Shown here in pieces: positions 1 through 5,803 of a stretch of 14,602 nt of DNA. This stretch comes from Candidatus Thorarchaeota archaeon. Its GTDB lineage: Archaea > Asgardarchaeota > Thorarchaeia > Thorarchaeales > Thorarchaeaceae. Location of the stretch: NCBI GenBank assembly GCA_038893995.1, contig JAWAQK010000014.1, positions 33,122-47,723 of the forward strand, in the 5' to 3' direction. Made by a program: the position numbers and the translations under genes. Every line of letters begins with the position of its first letter. Positions within the stretch are counted from its first letter, which is position 1. The notes beneath the pieces are model-generated. The model was not told the origin of the DNA, did no database searches, and worked only from the letters and a program-made list of their open reading frames with translations.

Positions 1-707
1 TCTCCATTTGCAAGTGGAACGTCATCAGCCAAGCATCTGGCCACGATTCTGGACAGCCGAGGGCCCATCTCGTCCTGACCGCGCAGGATGATCTGCGAGA
101 ACATGTCTCGCGCAGTCACAAATCCGATGACTACTCCCCTGTCAGTCGAGTGGTTGTTCAGAACAGTGAACCAGTGACTGACATTCTCGCCGGTAACAAT
201 CTCGGACGCTTGGCTGAGTTCCCACGAATGGAAACCATTCCTGAAGAAACGGAGTTGTTCTCCATTCCTCCCCGTATAGATACTCGTATCGTCATCCACA
301 CTCATCACAAACGTATCCATAGATGCGACACGGATATCTTGTCCGGATGTGTTCTTCAGCTGGACCACACAATAGTAGCCCGGTAGGTTGTTCAGCATGC
401 TGAGCCGCAGGTGCATCTCAGCACGACCATCTGGGGACACCATCCTCACAACGAGGGCCTTTCCTCGTCCCCTTTCATCTTCAAAGTCCACTGAGCTAAA
501 TCCTCTGTATGTCATGTATCTGGATTCGAACGACATCCCATCAGTGTTGACCCTCATGAAGGCACCGGAGAAACACATGATCCTCTCCTGCTCTTTTGTC
601 ATCATCAGGAGTCCTCGCTGTGTGTCTAGGAAGAGGGTCACCAGATCGTTAGACATCTTGATGGTAGACTCTCCGACCTCGAGTCGCGGAAACTTGTCGT
701 CCAGCAT
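1..707 (-). CDS. Alpha-galactosidase-like glycoside hydrolase (GH36-like), N-terminal part; runs off the window start
   Basis: Translated by hand, since it is absent from the ORF track. ATG at 707 opens a frame with no stop to position 1: MLDDKFPRLEVGESTIKMSNDLVTLFLD...QLRFFRNGFHSWELSQ...SHWFTVL...VVIGFVTARDMFSQI...ARCLADDVPLANG. The NGFHSW and GFVT segments resemble the N-terminal beta domain (NGWQSW-type) of Thermotoga GalA-like GH36 enzymes. The catalytic barrel lies outside the window. Confidence 0.65.
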   Translation of the reverse strand, partial: MLDDKFPRLEVGESTIKMSNDLVTLFLDTQRGLLMMTKEQERIMCFSGAFMRVNTDGMSFESRYMTYRGFSSVDFEDERGRGKALVVRMVSPDGRAEMHLRLSMLNNLPGYYCVVQLKNTSGQDIRVASMDTFVMSVDDDTSIYTGRNGEQLRFFRNGFHSWELSQASEIVTGENVSHWFTVLNNHSTDRGVVIGFVTARDMFSQIILRGQDEMGPRLSRIVARCLADDVPLANG

Positions 708-824
708 TCTGACCCCGCCCTGACCTGCCCACTGCTGTTCTTATTCTTTGCCCGGTATCTCCCATACATCTCTAGTGTTCGGGAGCGACCATTCGCTTTC
801 GCGGAGCATACGCCTCCTGCATAG

Positions 825-1490
825 CTAAGTACGATCGGCTTGTGTCAGGTCTCGAATCCCCTTGTAGCGTCTTGGTCCGCTTTCCTTACGGCTATCCGGA
901 CTATCTTCCCATCTCTTGGACTCCAGTTGTGCCCGTGAGAGATGTATCCACTCGTCCACACGTGGTTTCAACGTGGGATTTAGACTCAACGCAAGCTCTG
1001 CATAGGCGACCGCCCTCTCATGGTCTCCCTCAATGAAGTGTGCATTGGCATTGTTGTACAGGGCCTCTGCATAGTCAGGTTTCAGGGCGACTGCACGGCT
1101 GTAGGCCTTTATTGCCTCCTTCCCATCTGCAAGTCGAGAGTAGCAGTTGCCAAGGTTGTTCCAGGCCTCTGCATCGTCGGGTCTTATCTCAACGGCTCGA
1201 AGATAGCAGTCTAGTGCACCCTTGAAGTCCCGCATGTCGTAGAGGACATTTCCCTTGTTGAACCAGATCTCGAAAATCATGTTGTCAATCGCTAGAGCCT
1301 CGTTGTATGCTCTGAGAGACTCGTCGAGTCTGTCCAATAATGAGTATGCATAACCCAGGTTGTACCAGCCCTCCACACATTCGGGGTACTCCTTGACCAG
1401 ACTCTCAAGGTCCTCGACTGCAGACTCCACTCTCCCAGTCTCCAGTGCCTTGACAATCATCTCGAGTCTGGATTCCAGTCCTGATGGCAT
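825..1490 (-). CDS. Tetratricopeptide repeat (TPR) protein
   Basis: Contains 34-aa repeats with the TPR consensus: GWYNLGYAY, IWFNKGNVL, AWNNLGNCY, ALYNNANAH. Confidence 0.92.
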   Translation of the reverse strand: MPSGLESRLEMIVKALETGRVESAVEDLESLVKEYPECVEGWYNLGYAYSLLDRLDESLRAYNEALAIDNMIFEIWFNKGNVLYDMRDFKGALDCYLRAVEIRPDDAEAWNNLGNCYSRLADGKEAIKAYSRAVALKPDYAEALYNNANAHFIEGDHERAVAYAELALSLNPTLKPRVDEWIHLSRAQLESKRWEDSPDSRKESGPRRYKGIRDLTQADRT

Positions 1491-1513
1491 TGAGATGGTT
1501 CCTACGTATCACT

Positions 1514-1521
1514 GGATAAGG
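1514..1521 (-). promoter_or_regulatory. Putative TATA box of the TPR gene
   Basis: CCTTATCC on the minus strand, about 25 nt upstream of ATG 1490, consistent with a short-leader or leaderless transcript. Similar CTTAT/CTTAA cores occur before other genes in the window. Confidence 0.35.
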
Positions 1522-1724
1522 ATTGTGAAGCGGTCCTAGACCGTAAGGCAGATGGATGTCAAACTACGATCAGGCCACTCGATATGCCGGAGGACGAGAA
1601 CAGCCTCACTCAGCCAGAGTATGGTACAATCCGTAGTCGAGTATCTGGTATCTGGATGCGGTATCGGATCACATTGTGTATATCGTGCTGCCGTCCGAAC
1701 CGTGGGCATCCGATCTTTGGGAGG

Positions 1725-1889
1725 TCACACGATAGTCCAGTTTGGAAAGAGAGTTCCACAGGCAGGGCATGCTCTGGACTTCCAAGATGATGCGCAGCTG
1801 CCGCACAGTGAAAAGCCCTTCTTGCACTTTGCACAGACTGCTGTGTGTTTCACAAAACTGGACCCGCATTTGTCACATTTTCCTTGCAT
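1725..1889 (-). CDS. 54-aa zinc-binding protein with four CxxC pairs (C4C4 RING-like)
   Basis: Hand translation: MQGKCDKCGSSFVKHTAVCAKCKKGFSLCGSCASSWKSRACPACGTLFPNWTIV*. All 8 Cys fall in CxxC pairs. A TATA-like TCAAATA (1912-1918, minus strand) lies about 25 nt upstream. It is below the ORF-track length cutoff. Confidence 0.8.
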   Translation of the reverse strand: MQGKCDKCGSSFVKHTAVCAKCKKGFSLCGSCASSWKSRACPACGTLFPNWTIV

Positions 1890-2035
1890 GGTGCTCGGTC
1901 AGCGCCAGCCGTATTTGACCCTATCTTGTACGGCCCAGGAGTGAACAACGTGCAGAGGTTGCCGCACCACGTGCGTATGGACGTATGGTCCGACTGCGGA
2001 CAATCAGACCAGTCTCTCATTTGTATGAGCTGTGA

Positions 2036-3304
2036 TCACTGATCTGGCGGCCGTACCGGTTCAGGCCCCGCACGGACCTCAATTCCTCCCTCTTCTCTCC
2101 AGCTCTCTCTGACTAGAGACGTGACAATGGCTGATGCAGCTGTGACCCCCGCGACAAACAGGATAGAGATGTTCAGACCAAATGTATCACCGATGTATCC
2201 AAACAGTGCTGGCGCAAGAGCTCCTGGCACTGCGCCTACCGAGAATATGAGCCCAAATGCTAACCCGCGTCTGTGTGCTGGGCTCAGCTCCGTCTCCAGC
2301 GCCATTCCCGGCGGATCTCCCCAGTAGAACCAGAATCCAGTGGCGATGAGGACCAACGTCAGCATGACAAGGTCGAGCTCCAGATTCAGTAACAGTAGTG
2401 TTGGAATCATGAACGCACTTGACATGACGATGAATGGTACTCTCTTCTGCACCCTGTCCGACAGTGGTCCCGAGATGAATTCTGCGAGTATTCCTGAGGC
2501 AAGCATCACTGACGTCAAGATGCCAGCAAGCGAGGGGTCCATACCGCGTGATGAGGCCAGATAGAGAGGCATCAATAAGGTCATACAGCGGAACGGAATC
2601 CCCCTCAGACCTGAGAGAATTACGAGCAATGCAAAATCTCTGGTCCATCCCTCGACCTGTCTTTTCCCAAGGTTCGTGTTGTTCTCCATGACGCACTGGT
2701 CCGTCCCCCTCTTCATGGCTAGTAACAGTGGTACGAAGAGCACAATCCCAATGCCTCCAAGAGTGATGAATGCACCTTGCCAGGATCCCAACCAGACTAG
2801 CAGGAACACCCCCAGTGCAGGTACCAGCGCTGATCCGATGATCCCGCCCATTCCCTGAACTCCGGTCGCGAATGCCCTTCTCTGACTCGGGAATTGCTCT
2901 GCCAGGACTGGGAAGGCGCATGGATGATATGTCGCCGCGCCTATCCCAAGGACAATCTGGACGCAGAGTATGAACCAGAATGTGGTCGAATATGCGGTTG
3001 TCCAGAGCATCATGCCTGTGAGTAACACACTTGATGGTATGAGAGTCTTTCCCAATCCTCGATCAGACAGGGAACCTACGAGGAGATGCGATACTGTCAT
3101 CGAGGTGACCGCCGCACTTGCAATGATTCCCGACTCCGTGAGAGTCAGGTTCATGTCCATCCTGATGAGTGGTAACATTGGCGAGAGAGCACCCGTGTAT
3201 ACATGGTGCATGAAGTGCGCCACAGTACAGACCGCGAGAACAGTGTATGATGTGCGAAGTGCAATCTTCAATACGACCACACTCTGACGGCCCGTGACGC
3301 TCAA
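2036..3304 (-). CDS. MFS transporter
   Basis: About 12 hydrophobic segments, MFS motif A-like GSLSDRGLGK and GPLSDRVQKR, and a YHPCA/RRAFATG segment as in Fsr-like MFS proteins. The true start may be GTG 3280 or TTG 3271. Confidence 0.92.
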   Translation of the reverse strand: MSVTGRQSVVVLKIALRTSYTVLAVCTVAHFMHHVYTGALSPMLPLIRMDMNLTLTESGIIASAAVTSMTVSHLLVGSLSDRGLGKTLIPSSVLLTGMMLWTTAYSTTFWFILCVQIVLGIGAATYHPCAFPVLAEQFPSQRRAFATGVQGMGGIIGSALVPALGVFLLVWLGSWQGAFITLGGIGIVLFVPLLLAMKRGTDQCVMENNTNLGKRQVEGWTRDFALLVILSGLRGIPFRCMTLLMPLYLASSRGMDPSLAGILTSVMLASGILAEFISGPLSDRVQKRVPFIVMSSAFMIPTLLLLNLELDLVMLTLVLIATGFWFYWGDPPGMALETELSPAHRRGLAFGLIFSVGAVPGALAPALFGYIGDTFGLNISILFVAGVTAASAIVTSLVRESWREEGGIEVRAGPEPVRPPDQ

Positions 3305-3533
3305 TCAGGATGAATTAAGACAGCTGTTGCATGCAATGCGGACTACACTGATAAGACACGTAACTCACCGGGCGCTCATGATCGAGCGTTCTGTCGTGAG
3401 GGCGACATGTTTCGAACTCTGGTACTGTCATCGGATGGGATCTCACGACGAGTTGCGGGAAGCAACCCCAAGATACTCTTAGAGCTGAACTATGCCGCCG
3501 ACGCTCGTCTCACACAATAGAATAGATTGGTTT

Positions 3534-3567
3534 GCTGACAACAGTGGTATCACCCACCGTCGTCAGC
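3534..3567 (-). other. 14-bp RNA hairpin (3' stem of the S8 gene or part of an sRNA)
   Basis: Minus strand GCUGACGACGGUGG-GUGAUA-CCACUGUUGUCAGC pairs fully, with two G-U pairs that would be A-C mismatches on the plus strand. Confidence 0.5.
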
Positions 3568-3659
3568 GGTCCGACTTTGACTCAACCTATCCCTTCTCAT
3601 GCTTCCTTTAAACTCATCGAGTCACGGCAATCAAGGTGCACTTCAGTACACAATGAGGA

Positions 3660-5633
3660 CTAGATTTGGAGTATCCACCTAACTATGTTCATTGCAAGCG
3701 TCCTGTCGTACAGCGAAGAATACTGACCCCGCATCCCCCAGTTGTCGATGAAGAAATTGGTTCCTGAGACAACAATCCTTCCTCCACCGGCGTTCTCCAG
3801 ACATCCAAGGACTGACTTGGTATTGTGGGTGGCCAGGACTGTTCCACCAACTGGAACATTGATACTTGCTCCCAAGTAGTCAAACGAACTGACGCCAACT
3901 GTGACTGGATGCGGCATCAGTGTGGTCACGAGAACAGGGTCATCCTGAGCCGTGGCGATTGTATCGTAGTTCAGCGAGAACCCTGACCACTGTAGGAACT
4001 CATTGAGTGAATCTACGTCGAGGGAACGGTTGGATAGCGCGGCCACAAAGATTCCTCCTCCGTTCAAGAAGTAGTCACGGTACGCATCACGCTCTGACTC
4101 ACTGAACCTGATCGATACCTCGTATGGGTTGAATGGGTCTGTATCGTTCAGGTTCCAGACGCATGGGTCGAGTATTATCACTGCATCGAACTCGCTCAGT
4201 ACCGGAAGGGTAATGACAGACATATCCGTCAACTCAGTCACAGAGATTCCCATCGTGACAAGCTCGATGTAGAGTTCCTTGAACTGGCCGTAGGTTGAAT
4301 CAATATCCCATGATGTGTGTGCGAGATCAAACGCAACCCGGGCGATCGGGTCTACGACCTCCTGGTCAATTACAACCCTCAAGTCGTCGAGTCCATCAGC
4401 AGAGAGGGTGATGTTTGCCTTGTACCTCGTAGTTGGGCCCGTTGTCAGGTCCAGTGTGACTGGCAACAGTATAGTCTGGTTGACCTGGAACTGAGTGGGA
4501 ATAGTGACGAATCCCTCGGGATCTGCCGAAACACTTGTACTGAAGTTTAGGATGCCCGATGTGATGACGTTTAGGTTGAACGAGTAGATGTCCCCTCGAA
4601 AGAGTCTCTCAAAGTCAAGCGGCAGAGCCGCAGGAGCGACATATGCCAGTGCTGATCTTGAGCCCCCTGATACGATGCTCTCGACCAGATTCCTTGAATT
4701 CTGGAGATCCAGTTTCCCGGCGCCCACTTGGTATTCTGGGTATCCTGCGATGGGGCTGGCCCCCTTCATCAGTGCTGCCATCACTAGACCCGGTGTCCAA
4801 GTGGCACCTCTAGACCTTAGAAAGGTCACTAGTTCGGCCGCTGCAGCCGCGACCCTCGGTGCTGCAAAGCTGGTCCCCTCATACATATTCGAGCCAAAGC
4901 TGGTATACCCCTCGGCCATGATGTCCGGCTTCATGTAACGCCACCTGGTCGGGCCCAAGCTCGAGTATTGGGCGGGCCTCCCCAGATAGTCAAGAGCTCC
5001 TACCGATATCGCGTACTGCGAGATCGAGGGCGAGCTTATGCTCGAACCTGCTATACCCCCATCGCCAGCGTTACCAGCCGAGGCTACCACCACAACACCC
5101 CTTCTGAATGCCCTCTCGACTGCCCTGACTGATGAGTCACCTATCGCGGTAGGTCCACCAAGGCTGAGATTGATGACACTGCAACCTTGGTCGACTGCCC
5201 AGTCTACGGCCGCGGCGATGGCTGGTGGACTCGCCAACCCCTCTGCGCTTATGACCTTGGCATTCACTATGACGGCACTCGGACTATTCGACGCAATAAG
5301 GTTGGCCACAAGCGTACCGTGAGGAACCCCCTGAGGAGACGAGTCCGATGTAGACGGATCGTCGTAGCTGTATCCGTACTGCTTGAGAACGAAGCTCCTC
5401 TGTTCGGCCACACGTGCTCCCAAGGTGGCCGTGCTTACACCTGTGTCTATGACTGCAACCTTTGTGATCACTGGTACAACATTGATCATTGGGACCAACA
5501 GTATTCCGACCATGCCCGACAGCAAGATCACAGTCAGGCATATTGCAGCGACCTTTCGTCCCTCAGAAGAGTGTCTTGGCGGCTCGTTACCCCAATAATA
5601 GGGTTCCACGATAGCATGTATGTGCGGCGACAT
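3660..5633 (-). CDS. Membrane-anchored subtilisin-family (S8) serine peptidase with an Ig-like region and a C-terminal GIFT/DUF4350-like domain
   Basis: Catalytic motifs VAVIDTG, HGTLVA, ASAGN and GTSFAAP, plus an N-terminal hydrophobic helix (VAAICLTVILLSGMVGILLVPMI). The C-terminal alpha/beta domain reads VAFDLAH...NGGGIFV...HPVTVGV...GGRIVVSG. The ORF-track start at 5783 is probably too far upstream; ATG 5633 or GTG 5609 is likelier. Confidence 0.9.
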   Translation of the reverse strand: MSPHIHAIVEPYYWGNEPPRHSSEGRKVAAICLTVILLSGMVGILLVPMINVVPVITKVAVIDTGVSTATLGARVAEQRSFVLKQYGYSYDDPSTSDSSPQGVPHGTLVANLIASNSPSAVIVNAKVISAEGLASPPAIAAAVDWAVDQGCSVINLSLGGPTAIGDSSVRAVERAFRRGVVVVASAGNAGDGGIAGSSISSPSISQYAISVGALDYLGRPAQYSSLGPTRWRYMKPDIMAEGYTSFGSNMYEGTSFAAPRVAAAAAELVTFLRSRGATWTPGLVMAALMKGASPIAGYPEYQVGAGKLDLQNSRNLVESIVSGGSRSALAYVAPAALPLDFERLFRGDIYSFNLNVITSGILNFSTSVSADPEGFVTIPTQFQVNQTILLPVTLDLTTGPTTRYKANITLSADGLDDLRVVIDQEVVDPIARVAFDLAHTSWDIDSTYGQFKELYIELVTMGISVTELTDMSVITLPVLSEFDAVIILDPCVWNLNDTDPFNPYEVSIRFSESERDAYRDYFLNGGGIFVAALSNRSLDVDSLNEFLQWSGFSLNYDTIATAQDDPVLVTTLMPHPVTVGVSSFDYLGASINVPVGGTVLATHNTKSVLGCLENAGGGRIVVSGTNFFIDNWGMRGQYSSLYDRTLAMNIVRWILQI

Positions 5634-5755
5634 CGCAGCTATTCGGGAACAATTACACAAGAACATTCCTGTCCAGTTGGTAGAGTGGGTGATGTCGCGA
5701 AGCATCCCGACAACATTCAATAGCATACTGAACGACTTGGCTTGATGACAGGTTT

Positions 5756-5763
5756 GCTTATCT
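5756..5763 (+). promoter_or_regulatory. Putative TATA box of the ATPase gene
   Basis: GCTTATCT about 40 nt before TTG 5804, followed by a GAGGT RBS-like motif just upstream of the start. Confidence 0.3.
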
Positions 5764-5803
5764 GTGGCAACTGTTTCCCCCATAGACCGCCGAGGTAAGA
5801 GAC

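Noticed and set aside
150-723. Plus-strand ORFs 150-386 and 388-723
   Set aside because: They are antisense shadows of the minus-strand GH36-like gene.
1537-1727. Readthrough of the RING-like gene's TGA as selenocysteine
   Set aside because: The domain is complete before the TGA, the downstream peptide is featureless, and no SECIS was seen.
1552-2042. Five overlapping ORF-track ORFs of 65-130 aa
   Set aside because: They have no motifs; the 54-aa four-CxxC ORF explains the region better.
3404-3434. Minimal hammerhead-like CCGAUGA...GAAACAUGUC on the minus strand
   Set aside because: The core is mutated, and neither stem I nor stem II can form.
5634-5783. 50-aa N-terminal extension of the S8 peptidase in the ORF track
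   Set aside because: It would fill the divergent promoter region and overlap the ATPase TATA-like box, and it does not look like a propeptide.
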